DNA of 64,000 nucleotides from Promethearchaeota archaeon (GTDB lineage: Archaea; Asgardarchaeota; Lokiarchaeia; Sigyniarchaeales; SOKP01), in the NCBI GenBank assembly GCA_048940645.1, contig JBHLOI010000008.1:1-64000 (forward strand), read 5' to 3'. The translations under genes and the position numbers were made by a program. Positions 1 through 9,643 of this stretch are shown piece after piece (position 1 is the stretch's first letter; each line of letters starts with the position of its first letter). The notes beneath the pieces are model-generated. The model was not told the DNA's origin. It saw only the letters and a program-made list of their open reading frames with translations, and did no database searches.

Positions 1-86
1 ATAGGTTTCTTACATACAGGACATATAGTTAATAGTTTTTTCATTAAAAAAGAATGATTTTCATAATTAATGATGGTATTTCTCAT
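1..86 (-). CDS. 5' part of a probable Zn-binding hypothetical protein, running off the window edge
   Basis: Manual translation from ATG 86 (or in-frame ATG 44): MRNTIINYENHSFLMKKLLTICPVCKKP..., containing CxxC. Confidence 0.45.
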   Translation of the reverse strand, partial: MRNTIINYENHSFLMKKLLTICPVCKKP

Positions 87-218
87 AAAAAATCAGTTAA
101 GAATTTTATTCATGATTGAATTTAAAGATTTATAATTAAAGACCACTAAATTTGAAGAATTTTAATTATATAGTAATCGAAAGAACTAACTATATTTCTA
201 TACCAAAACAACCCGCAT

Positions 219-1091
219 TTAATTAAACTTGCGTTTATCAAAGATTTCTTCTAAAAAGTTCCGAATTTGGCCTCTTGCTTTTGGTTCGTTATTAAATTTA
301 GTATAGAGATAACTACTGAGAAAACTTTTGATCTCAGCTTTTACATCTTTCAAGTCAATAAATTCATACCCATTTTCTAATTGATCATTATTGATTAAAG
401 GTTTAATATGTTTATTAATCAAATAGAGAATAAATCTAACTAAAATAGTACTTATTTGTTCCTCTTCCTCTGAAGTTAATTCATAATCTCCATGTACAAT
501 TGCATCTTTAATGTTGTTCAATTGCAGTAAATCTGATTCCATTTCTTTTGATATTTTTAATTTCTTAATTTTAGTAGCTAAATTTTTTATATTTTTTGTA
601 TCAAGGGTTGTATCACAATAATTCTCGAGGTTGGCAAAAAATCGAACTAGAAACTTAAAATTATCATTTATACTATATAAATTCTCCCAAACTTCCATAT
701 TTAGCTCTTTCATAGCGGATTCTATTTCATCTTCTACGTTCCTAGAAATCTTTTTTAAATAATGACCATAATCCCCAAATGGGAAGCCAAAGTAATAGCT
801 GTTATATTTAGTTTGTATATCTTTTGATGAAACTAAATTATCTTGAATCTTTTCCTTTCTTACTATTTCTTTAACAAAACTCAAGACATAATTACAACTT
901 GGGCAATAAGTCTTCCAGGTACTAATGATTGCCTCAGGTGGTTTTACACCATTATTAATATAACCATTAAAACCTGAAAGCTTTTTTCCATCAGGAGTAG
1001 AAAAAATCGCATCTTCAGGATAAAATGTCCTTGGAACAAACTTGTTATCACAAACAGGACATTTTACCATTTGTTTTTCACTCACAGTCAT
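219..1091 (-). CDS. hypothetical protein with N-terminal Zn ribbon and helical C-terminal domain
   Basis: CPVC...CPSC pair; 290-aa ORF. Confidence 0.6.
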   Translation of the reverse strand: MTVSEKQMVKCPVCDNKFVPRTFYPEDAIFSTPDGKKLSGFNGYINNGVKPPEAIISTWKTYCPSCNYVLSFVKEIVRKEKIQDNLVSSKDIQTKYNSYYFGFPFGDYGHYLKKISRNVEDEIESAMKELNMEVWENLYSINDNFKFLVRFFANLENYCDTTLDTKNIKNLATKIKKLKISKEMESDLLQLNNIKDAIVHGDYELTSEEEEQISTILVRFILYLINKHIKPLINNDQLENGYEFIDLKDVKAEIKSFLSSYLYTKFNNEPKARGQIRNFLEEIFDKRKFN

Positions 1092-1329
1092 TGTTCAACC
1101 TCAACTATTAATTCTTATATTTCACTTTTCTTATAATAACAAATTTCTTAAATTTTTATAAATCTACAATAAAGTGAAGCTAGGAACTTTTATCCCATCA
1201 CTATAAATTTCGAAATTTATACTACTACTACTTAAAATCAATTTCCATGAAGTTATTATATTTATGTGATACTAGGATATTTCATATTATTATAAAAACA
1301 TGAAATTAATTTTTTAAATTACAGTGAAA

Positions 1330-1983
1330 TCATGGTGGGGAGATAAGAATATTAACCATTAAGTAGATACCAAAAACAATCATAAACCCGCCACATACGA
1401 TTAAAATATATTTATAAATTTTATAATTTAAAGCCTTACCTCCAAAATATACAAAAGCTGAAATAGGTAAATACCAAATAATATCACCTAATTCATGACC
1501 TATAAAAAATAATAGAATTCCTATAGGGTTTGCAAACGAAATGTTAAAGTTAATCATGAATCCAAGTCCAATAACCGCCCACCAAAAGCTCCAGTAGGGA
1601 TTAGAAAGCGAAACGATCATACCTCCTAAGAAACTATTTCCTTTAAAACCTTTTATTTTTTCCTCATCAATATCTAAATTTGCATCAACCTTTGTCTTTA
1701 AAACATCGCGTATTACTAAAATCCCGAAAATAACTAAAAAAATTCCCCCAATTATACCCACAATAATTAGAAAAACAACATTTTGAAAAAAGATTGAAGC
1801 TCCAGCAAGAAGTGCCATTATCAATGCAAATTCAATTGTAGCATGCCCCAATACAATGTATACTCCCGCGAGATATCCCCTTTTTTGGTTCAATGATTTA
1901 TATATTGTAAAAGTCAATAAGGGTCCCGGTGATAAAGCACCTGTTAATGCAACTATAAAAGAAAATATTAAAATATCCCACAT
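1330..1983 (-). CDS. LysE/RhtB family transporter
   Basis: ALSPGP N-terminal motif, SLSNPY motif, about 6 TM segments. Confidence 0.9.
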   Translation of the reverse strand: MWDILIFSFIVALTGALSPGPLLTFTIYKSLNQKRGYLAGVYIVLGHATIEFALIMALLAGASIFFQNVVFLIIVGIIGGIFLVIFGILVIRDVLKTKVDANLDIDEEKIKGFKGNSFLGGMIVSLSNPYWSFWWAVIGLGFMINFNISFANPIGILLFFIGHELGDIIWYLPISAFVYFGGKALNYKIYKYILIVCGGFMIVFGIYLMVNILISPP

Positions 1984-2087
1984 GAATAAAAAAAGGTTGT
2001 ATTAATTACATATTATAAAGTTATGAATAAATTTATCCTTTTTTAGTATGTAATATTAATCCTTAAAATAACATAGCCTATACCAAA

Positions 2088-2711
2088 TTAGTCAGGTATC
2101 GCCCAGTTAATGAGTGCTACAATTACAAACACTACGATCAATATTGGAATCATAAACACTAAAAACAAATAAGAACCTTTTATTAACTCTTTTCGCCAAG
2201 CTTTAACACCTTCTTCCCATTTCTTCCGTGTTTCTTCTTGCCAATCTTTTATATCTTCTCTGATCCTTTTTGTCCGTGCTTCCCACTGCTGTTTCGTCTC
2301 AATTTGTTTAGTTTTTAAGTCATCTACCCAATTTTGAAAGTTAGAATTCCATTCTTGGACAGTATTAGTTAAGAATGTATCTATCTGTTCTTTATTTTTC
2401 TCCCATACTTCCTTGTTTTCAGTTCGCAATTTCTCAATTTCAGATGTCCAATCCTTTATTGTATTGTCTACATTTTCTTTAGTTTGCTTAAAAAAATTAT
2501 CTATTTTCTCTTTGTTCTTATTCCATAACTCTACATTCTTTTTTGATTGCTCTTCTATTGATTTTTGAAATTTATTAAATCCATCTTTTATTCCGTTAAC
2601 AAAGTTATTCCATCCTTTAAGTAGGATACTTTCATTTTTTTTAGGACTCTCTATAATATCAAATTTATTGTTACTTTTAGATAACTCATCAGAATTGTTC
2701 TGGTTGCTCAT
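2088..2711 (-). CDS. tail-anchored amphipathic-helical/coiled-coil protein
   Basis: Trp-periodic helical repeats and one C-terminal hydrophobic helix. Confidence 0.65.
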   Translation of the reverse strand: MSNQNNSDELSKSNNKFDIIESPKKNESILLKGWNNFVNGIKDGFNKFQKSIEEQSKKNVELWNKNKEKIDNFFKQTKENVDNTIKDWTSEIEKLRTENKEVWEKNKEQIDTFLTNTVQEWNSNFQNWVDDLKTKQIETKQQWEARTKRIREDIKDWQEETRKKWEEGVKAWRKELIKGSYLFLVFMIPILIVVFVIVALINWAIPD

Positions 2712-2793
2712 AGATTTTAAATAAGCTACCGATACTTAAATATTTATTTTATCAACGATTTTAATTAAAAAAAATGAAAAGAGTGAAATCAAC

Positions 2794-4179
2794 ATGAAAT
2801 TTGATATCTTGAAAAAAACACCCTTATATGAGGTTTTATCGGATCGGGGAAGGCGAATAAATTTACCTGAAGGTATCTTTTATTGGGCAGGGAGAGCTAA
2901 GAAAGAAGCTGAATATATAGGAACTATAGGGGCAGCATATGCTTATGAAAAAGATTTTCTGGGCGGTAATTCTGTTAGGTGGGTTCCATGTTATTTAGAG
3001 TATATTAATGATTATTTTAATAATCTTGATACAAGTGATCTAGTACCTTATGCTTCAATTTCAGGATTACAGGAATTACGTACAATATGGAAACAATGGA
3101 TAATGAAAAAATCCCTATTTAAAATAGATACAGAAAAAGAGAAATTACTAAAGCTTGATAAATATATTTCTCTGCCAATAATTACTGCTGGTATAACAAA
3201 TGCAATCTTTATGAGTTCTGCGATGCTATTAAACCCTTCAGAAAGTATAATATGTCCAAATAAAAGGTGGGGAAATTATGATAATATTTTTTCGAAATTT
3301 TTAGGTGCTCATATACAATCATTTGATTTTTTTATTGATGATAAATTAAACTTAGAAGGCTTAAAAGAAGCAATTTACAAAGTATTAGAAACCCAAAATA
3401 AAATCATATTAATTTTTGGATTCCCAAATAATCCAACAGGATACATCCCAACATGGGAAGAAAATGCAGGATTAATTGAAATTTTAAAAGAAACTCAAAA
3501 AGAAATTAATCAACCCTTAGTGATTCTTATAGATGATGCTTATGAACCTTATATTTTCAGCAAAAATGTAGTAAATCGCTCACTATTTTACGATATTCAG
3601 CAACTTGATGAAAATATTATACCTATTAAATTAGATGGTATTACAAAAGAACTTCTATTATATGGAGGGCGAATAGGTTTTGTTACAATTGGTTTAAAAC
3701 CAAAATGGGTAAATAATGATAAGGAGCTGGAGATATTAAAGAGCGAAATTGATAATAAACTATCAGGTTTTAATAGAAGTTCAATTTCAAATTGCAATCA
3801 CTTTTACCAAGCAGTTACAACTAAAATTTTTAAGGAAAAAGGTATGGATAACATAATTAAAACTAGAAGTTCAATACAAGATCTACTTGAACTAAGGTTC
3901 GAAAAGATAAATTCAGAGCTCAAGAAAATAAAGAATCCAAATATTTCTGTTGACCCAAATGGTGGAGGCTTTTTTGTATTTATAAATCTAAATCCCAATA
4001 AAATTAAAGCTACTACATTTGCGGATCATATGCTAAGGAAATATAAAGTAGGAGTAATTCCTATTGAAAACATAAATGAAAATATAAATGGTATTAGAAT
4101 TGCTTATTGTTCAATTGACATTAATCAAATTCCGGAAATAATTAATCGGATAAATCTTGCTTTAAATGATTTTAATTAA
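2794..4179 (+). CDS. PLP-dependent aminotransferase, class I/II
   Basis: FPNNPTG, DDAY, DGITKE...GGRIG (PLP lysine), GIRIAY motifs. Confidence 0.9.
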   Translation: MKFDILKKTPLYEVLSDRGRRINLPEGIFYWAGRAKKEAEYIGTIGAAYAYEKDFLGGNSVRWVPCYLEYINDYFNNLDTSDLVPYASISGLQELRTIWKQWIMKKSLFKIDTEKEKLLKLDKYISLPIITAGITNAIFMSSAMLLNPSESIICPNKRWGNYDNIFSKFLGAHIQSFDFFIDDKLNLEGLKEAIYKVLETQNKIILIFGFPNNPTGYIPTWEENAGLIEILKETQKEINQPLVILIDDAYEPYIFSKNVVNRSLFYDIQQLDENIIPIKLDGITKELLLYGGRIGFVTIGLKPKWVNNDKELEILKSEIDNKLSGFNRSSISNCNHFYQAVTTKIFKEKGMDNIIKTRSSIQDLLELRFEKINSELKKIKNPNISVDPNGGGFFVFINLNPNKIKATTFADHMLRKYKVGVIPIENINENINGIRIAYCSIDINQIPEIINRINLALNDFN

Positions 4180-4302
4180 TTCTTAATATTGTTTCCATAT
4201 TACTTCTATTTATATCAAATTGATTAAATGCGTGATTTTATATACTCTTTCTTTTATAAGATATATAAATTATTTTAGAAAAAAATAAAGTGAAAAATTA
4301 AA

Positions 4303-5316
4303 ATGAAACTTTATTTAATAAATAAAGGAGAACTTGTTGAAATCAAAAATCCTGTTTTTTCCACTGGAGATGTTTATCTTTTAGATGATGAAAAAACTAT
4401 TTATGTCTGGATAGGGAGCAAATGTTCTGTTGATGAGAAAACTGCAGGTGCAGCTCAAGCACGAAAACTAGATCAAATGAGAGGTGGTGCTGCTAAGATT
4501 ATTACTATTGACGAAGGAATGGAATCCGGAGATTTCCTTAAAACAGTTAATACATTGGGATCAATGAAAGTTGTGGTAAGAAATGTAGCTAAAACTCTTT
4601 TAAAGGATGTAGTAACTGGTGATTGGGCAGGATTTTCTGAACATATTAATGTCTTATATCGAGTATCCTCAGAAGAATTTGAAGGGATCAATGCAATGAA
4701 AATGGTTCAAGTACCATTTAATAAAGATTCATTAGATACTGAAGATTGTTTTTTAGCTGATTTGGGCAATAAAGTATACATCTGGCAGGGTGCTCAATGT
4801 AATGTTAAGGAAAAAGTAAAATCAGGTCAATGGGCAAGACAAATTGATGCTGAACGCTCAGGACTCCAGAATGAAACAATTTTTGAAGAAGGTGATGATG
4901 CGGAATTCTATGCAGCGTTAGAGCGAGGGGAAAATTATAAAGAATCTGATGCGGTGCAATTAAGGGCTGAATCTGAATTAGAGCCAGAAACCGAAGCTGA
5001 TAAGCGAGCTGCAGCTATAATGCCAGAATTAAAATCGGAAGTAAAAGAGGTAACACCCGAAGATATAAAGGCAGATATAGCTGAACTAAAGGCATCAAGT
5101 CCTTCTGGTGCTGCACCAGGGATCCCAGGTTCTGCAGATGATTTATTAACAATTGAGAAAACAGAAGGACGTCGAAAGTGTCCTAAATGTGGTAATGAAG
5201 ACAAGATGTTGATTCACGAGAGTATTGATAAAGGAAATATAATTTTGGATTATCCTCGTATGTATGGAAAAAAATACCGTTGCGGCCAATGCGGAATAGA
5301 GTGGCGCGAGAAATAG
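4303..5316 (+). CDS. two-domain gelsolin-family actin regulator with C-terminal Zn ribbon
   Basis: Two gelsolin repeats (GDVYLLD..IYVWIGSKCSVDEK; EDCFLAD..VYIWQGAQCNVKEK), acidic/Pro linker, CPKC...CGQC. Confidence 0.9.
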   Translation: MKLYLINKGELVEIKNPVFSTGDVYLLDDEKTIYVWIGSKCSVDEKTAGAAQARKLDQMRGGAAKIITIDEGMESGDFLKTVNTLGSMKVVVRNVAKTLLKDVVTGDWAGFSEHINVLYRVSSEEFEGINAMKMVQVPFNKDSLDTEDCFLADLGNKVYIWQGAQCNVKEKVKSGQWARQIDAERSGLQNETIFEEGDDAEFYAALERGENYKESDAVQLRAESELEPETEADKRAAAIMPELKSEVKEVTPEDIKADIAELKASSPSGAAPGIPGSADDLLTIEKTEGRRKCPKCGNEDKMLIHESIDKGNIILDYPRMYGKKYRCGQCGIEWREK

Positions 5317-5385
5317 GTTTATAAAATTAAATTTTATTTTAATCTTTTTTTAAATTTTTATCATTAAGTTGTATAAAATAAATCA

Positions 5386-6660
5386 TTAAGACTTTTTTAG
5401 GTCTCTTCGCATCAATTTAATTTTTTTCTTTAAGTCAACTATCTCATCATCTTTCTTCTCTATTTCGGATTCTAATTTTAATTTTGAATCTTTTACTTTT
5501 TGCATTTCTCCTAAAATCCTATCCTCAATTTGTTCAGCTTCATAGAGTTTATTTTTATTAGTTTCTTCTTGTTTCTTTAATTCTTTGATTTCATTAGTTT
5601 GATCGTCGATAATATTACGTAAATTGGCCATTTCCAATTCAAATTTTCCGGTAATATTGCCAGATTTTTCTTGGGATTCCTCTAACTGTTTTTCCATGCG
5701 ATTCATAAATTCTTCATTTGTTTTATTTTTCTGAGTTAACTTTTCAATCTCTAATACTAATTCTTTTATTCTTTCTTCTTTTTTCTCAAGATCTTTTTTC
5801 ACTAAACTAAAGGTTTCTACCTGTTGTTGTAACTCCTTTATTTTTTTATTATTGGTTTCCTGTGTATTTTGCATTTCAAAGATAGCTTTTTCTTTTTCAG
5901 TTATTATCTCATCCTTTTTTTCTACAAGTAATTGAATTTTTTCAAATTTGGATTTTTGAACGGTATCTTTCTCCAAATATTGAATTTGTTCCATTAATTC
6001 TTTGATTTTACTATCTTTTTCGTTTAATCTCTCAACTAATCCTTGATTTGCAGTTTGTTCAGACCTTAACTGATCTATTTCATTTGTTAAGGATTTAATT
6101 TTTTTGGTTTGCTCTTGGATGATCTTATCAAATTTGTCTATTTCATCCTTTTGATTTTGTACAATTTGGATTTTTTCATTATTTGAAAACTCTAATTCTT
6201 CAATTTGTTGTTTCTGGGTTTCAAACTGCTTTTGTAGCTCTATAATCGCTTTATCTTTATCTTCTATGACCTGGCTCATTTCTAAATCGCTCTTAGACGA
6301 TTGGGATAGCGCTTCTGCTTTTGTTTCTAATTCCTTGATATTGTCATCCTTTTGTACAATTGTTTGAAGTAAATTTTCAATAGTATTATTATTTTGCTCA
6401 GCCATTTGCTGAAATTTTTCTTTTTCTTGAAATAGGAATTCATAATCTTTCTTACTACTATCCAATTTTTCTGATAATATTATTACTTGATCATTAAGTT
6501 TTCTATTTTGTTCAATAAATTCATCTAACTGTTCCTTGAGATTTTCTTCCTCTGAAACAGGTTTTTCGCCTTCTTCCCGTTCTTCAACCCACCCTAAACT
6601 TGAAAGAGCTTCTGTGATTGATTCATCTTCATCTTTTTGATGTTCACGTTCATCTGGCAT
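5386..6660 (-). CDS. long coiled-coil protein
   Basis: About 380 aa of E/K/Q-rich heptad sequence with no ATPase motif. Confidence 0.7.
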   Translation of the reverse strand: MPDEREHQKDEDESITEALSSLGWVEEREEGEKPVSEEENLKEQLDEFIEQNRKLNDQVIILSEKLDSSKKDYEFLFQEKEKFQQMAEQNNNTIENLLQTIVQKDDNIKELETKAEALSQSSKSDLEMSQVIEDKDKAIIELQKQFETQKQQIEELEFSNNEKIQIVQNQKDEIDKFDKIIQEQTKKIKSLTNEIDQLRSEQTANQGLVERLNEKDSKIKELMEQIQYLEKDTVQKSKFEKIQLLVEKKDEIITEKEKAIFEMQNTQETNNKKIKELQQQVETFSLVKKDLEKKEERIKELVLEIEKLTQKNKTNEEFMNRMEKQLEESQEKSGNITGKFELEMANLRNIIDDQTNEIKELKKQEETNKNKLYEAEQIEDRILGEMQKVKDSKLKLESEIEKKDDEIVDLKKKIKLMRRDLKKS

Positions 6661-6839
6661 AATATAAAAAACAATTTTTAGTCTATTAAATTTTTCTACT
6701 CATTATAAATATTTAATAGTACTATTTATGAAAATCATAGAGTAGATTAAAGCTGATTTCATTATCTTTTAAAGAATATATCTTTTGAATTACAACTTTT
6801 CTAATATTTACACAAAATAAGATATTGCTAGAAGGAGTA

Positions 6840-7325
6840 TTAAGATGAATAATCACGTGTAAAAACATATTTTCTATCCAAGAAAAATTTAGTAAAGTAA
6901 CCAATAGCAAGAGCTATAATGAAACTTACTTCTAATGGAGTTTTTAAAAAATTGGTAAGAAGGAATTGTATTCCAATATTTTCGATAGTAGTTAAAATTG
7001 CAAAGAAAAAATATTTCATAAATTCTTTTGAAGTCTCCTTTAGCTTACTGCCTCTTCTTTTAAAAACGATATATTTATCTAAAAAGAATTTAATTAGATA
7101 GGTTATTCCTACAGCAAGTATTGAACCGATTAATTCAGGCATATTATAGGGATTGGTTGAGCAATAAATAGCATGAATAAATTCATTAGAGCCAAAATTT
7201 CCGCATATTAAGGGCACAAACAAGAGTTGATTAGTTTTCTGTATAAGGTAATTAAGAATAATCATACACGCGGCAAAGAGGAAATATAAAATCATTTGTC
7301 TTCTTAAATTATTTTTGCTTTCCAT
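6840..7325 (-). CDS. GtrA family membrane protein (likely start MESKNN at 7325)
   Basis: Duplicated KFFLDK/RxxVF motif and four TM helices. Confidence 0.8.
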   Translation of the reverse strand: MESKNNLRRQMILYFLFAACMIILNYLIQKTNQLLFVPLICGNFGSNEFIHAIYCSTNPYNMPELIGSILAVGITYLIKFFLDKYIVFKRRGSKLKETSKEFMKYFFFAILTTIENIGIQFLLTNFLKTPLEVSFIIALAIGYFTKFFLDRKYVFTRDYSS

Positions 7326-7344
7326 CTTTATAACCCTTTTGAAT

Positions 7345-7656
7345 TTATATTTTTGAACCACAATGGGGACAGAATCTTAAATTTTCTTCAGAAATTTTGT
7401 TATTACATATTAGACACTTTTTTAATTCTTTTTTATGTATATCTTCACTTAATTTGATATCACCAATACTTAGATTTTCATATGGTTCTGAAACTTCCTC
7501 AGAATTTTCTTCAGATCTCCTTTTTAACCCACAAGAAAGAGGTAAAATAATAAAAAATGGAAAAATAGGGAAAAAAACCCCAAAGGATAAACTCAAGATG
7601 AGTAAAATGATCGATACGATTATGATACCAATAAATAGTAAATTATAATATTTCAT
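7345..7656 (-). CDS. small membrane protein with C-terminal zinc ribbon
   Basis: N-terminal hydrophobic segment; CLIC...FCPHCG. Confidence 0.65.
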   Translation of the reverse strand: MKYYNLLFIGIIIVSIILLILSLSFGVFFPIFPFFIILPLSCGLKRRSEENSEEVSEPYENLSIGDIKLSEDIHKKELKKCLICNNKISEENLRFCPHCGSKI

Positions 7657-7690
7657 AGCTAATTATTCAAATTTATTTAGTGATTCGCAA

Positions 7691-8311
7691 TTATGAGTTA
7701 TTTTTAATGCGATCTTTCCAAGAATCAAGCTTTTCAGTTTCCTCACTTTCTGATGGTGTTGGGGAAGGTATTTGAAAACCACTTGCTGTTTCTTGAGATG
7801 TAGGTGATAATACTTCCAAAATTTCCTTTGATATCTTACTCCTTGCATCAACTTTACCTGTTAACCTTCTATATAATTTTTTTACCCCCCATACAAGAAG
7901 AGAAAATCCAATAGAAAACAAAAAATAAACAGCAATCCAGCCATCCCCAAGAAGAGGGATCGCAAATGGTAAAATTCCTGAAGCATAATTCATATAAAAA
8001 ACTCCGATTAAAGCAAAAATTCCAAGAAATACAACACATCTAATACATGATGGGATAAGTTGTTTTTTCATCATCTGTTTCATTAAAGCAGTTGATTCTT
8101 GCTGCAATGCAAACATTTCCTGAGCATTTCCTGTAGCTTGGGCTGTTCGCATTCGCTGTTGAATGTTTAGTGCTTTATCTCTTAATTCTCTGGCAGATTG
8201 AAGATTAATTCCTAAAAATTTGTTTAAGATTAAACCTAAAGCTACCATGCCTATAGAAATAAACATTATTTGAAGTATTATGCCTACATTTGTCAAATTT
8301 CCATCACTCAA
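7691..8311 (-). CDS. EMC3/TMCO1 (DUF106, Oxa1 superfamily) membrane protein
   Basis: TM1, cytosolic Q/M-rich coiled coil, TM2, GWIAVYFLFS TM3. Confidence 0.75.
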   Translation of the reverse strand: MSDGNLTNVGIILQIMFISIGMVALGLILNKFLGINLQSARELRDKALNIQQRMRTAQATGNAQEMFALQQESTALMKQMMKKQLIPSCIRCVVFLGIFALIGVFYMNYASGILPFAIPLLGDGWIAVYFLFSIGFSLLVWGVKKLYRRLTGKVDARSKISKEILEVLSPTSQETASGFQIPSPTPSESEETEKLDSWKDRIKNNS

Positions 8312-8314
8312 ATG

Positions 8315-8349
8315 TTCTTTTACTTTAAAATCTTCTTTTACTTTAAAAT
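8315..8349. repeat. 17-bp direct repeat (TTCTTTTACTTTAAAAT x2)
   Basis: Identical copies at 8315-8331 and 8333-8349, just upstream of the 8311 start. Confidence 0.7.
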
Positions 8350-8420
8350 TTTCTCAAATTTTCTTTTAATTTGTTTGGATTTTTTCTAATATAGAATTCA
8401 TTTAGATAATGATTATATCA

Positions 8421-9527
8421 TTATAAATTACCATTTAAATAACCTTGAATATATTTAGAATAGAGTGCTTTCCACTTAACTGGTAGGCTAGCTACAATAG
8501 CACAGCCAAAATAACATCCATTACAGAATTCAAAATCATCCCGACATTGCATAATATCTCTTACCTCTTTTAAATTATAGATTAGTGATAAAGGATACTT
8601 TAATACATTAAAGCTTTTTAAAGGGTGAATTTTACATGGATATTCAATGAAACCATCCCATCTAACAAATAGGTAGGCTTCTGAAACATGACAACGTAAA
8701 AATTGTTGATTATAGTTTGGATAACCTCCAAAACCTCCTTTTTCTATAACACTAATACTAAATGGGTCAGTTAATATATTTTTATATCTTTCTCTCAAAG
8801 ATCGAATTAAATTAGCCCATAATGAGATATTTGGGAGCATTTCTTCGATATTTTCTATAAAGTATTTTTTATTATGAAATTCTCGAACAATGTCCTCGCA
8901 AGGATATAACTCTATAGACACATCATATCTTTCTGCTAATTGACATATTTTCTCAAGTAGATGGATATTATCATTCATTACAACAGTATTTATTATAACT
9001 TTTATGTCTCTTTTATTCGCAATGTTTATAGTTTCAATAGCTTTATTAAAAACTTTAATTCCTCTTCTTTTATCATGTAATTTTGCTTGTGGATAATCGA
9101 GTGAGATCAATAGATAATCCAATCCTTCTAATCCTCTGTTTTTTTTGAATAACTTCGGCATTAAATATCCATTTGTTGCAACTCCAACAATAGAATCATG
9201 TGTAATTCCTGTATAACTGATGAGTTCGGGCAGATCTTTTCTCAAGGTCGGTTCTCCTCCGGTAAAAGATATGATATTAACTCCCAACTCTGCAATTTGA
9301 TCAATTATTGATTTTATTTGATTTGTATTCATTTCATTAATAACTATAGGCTTAGGTAAAGCATGGAATGAGCAAAAAGGACAACTTGCATTACATCTTA
9401 GAGTAACCTCGATTTGTGCGGAATATGGTATTTTTCTAGTGGTGAATTTATTTAAACTGAAAGTTTTTAGATATTTGAGCCATCTTTTCACCCTTATTGT
9501 TGGAATAGATTTCATCTCTAAAGCCAA
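8421..9527 (-). CDS. radical SAM protein with SPASM/twitch-type C-terminal domain
   Basis: CNASCPFC, FTGGEPTLR, C-terminal C...PC...CNGCYFGC. Confidence 0.9.
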   Translation of the reverse strand: MALEMKSIPTIRVKRWLKYLKTFSLNKFTTRKIPYSAQIEVTLRCNASCPFCSFHALPKPIVINEMNTNQIKSIIDQIAELGVNIISFTGGEPTLRKDLPELISYTGITHDSIVGVATNGYLMPKLFKKNRGLEGLDYLLISLDYPQAKLHDKRRGIKVFNKAIETINIANKRDIKVIINTVVMNDNIHLLEKICQLAERYDVSIELYPCEDIVREFHNKKYFIENIEEMLPNISLWANLIRSLRERYKNILTDPFSISVIEKGGFGGYPNYNQQFLRCHVSEAYLFVRWDGFIEYPCKIHPLKSFNVLKYPLSLIYNLKEVRDIMQCRDDFEFCNGCYFGCAIVASLPVKWKALYSKYIQGYLNGNL

Positions 9528-9643
9528 AATTTGGTGAGGAAACTAATTTCTTCGAATGCTTATAGGATTTAATTTTAATGGAATTAAAAATATAACCAAT
9601 TATTAATTACTGATTAAAACTTTCAAATTAAATCTTATCCAAT

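Noticed and set aside
5386-6660. SMC/Rad50 assignment for the coiled-coil protein
   Set aside because: No Walker A/B, signature motif, hinge or Zn hook.
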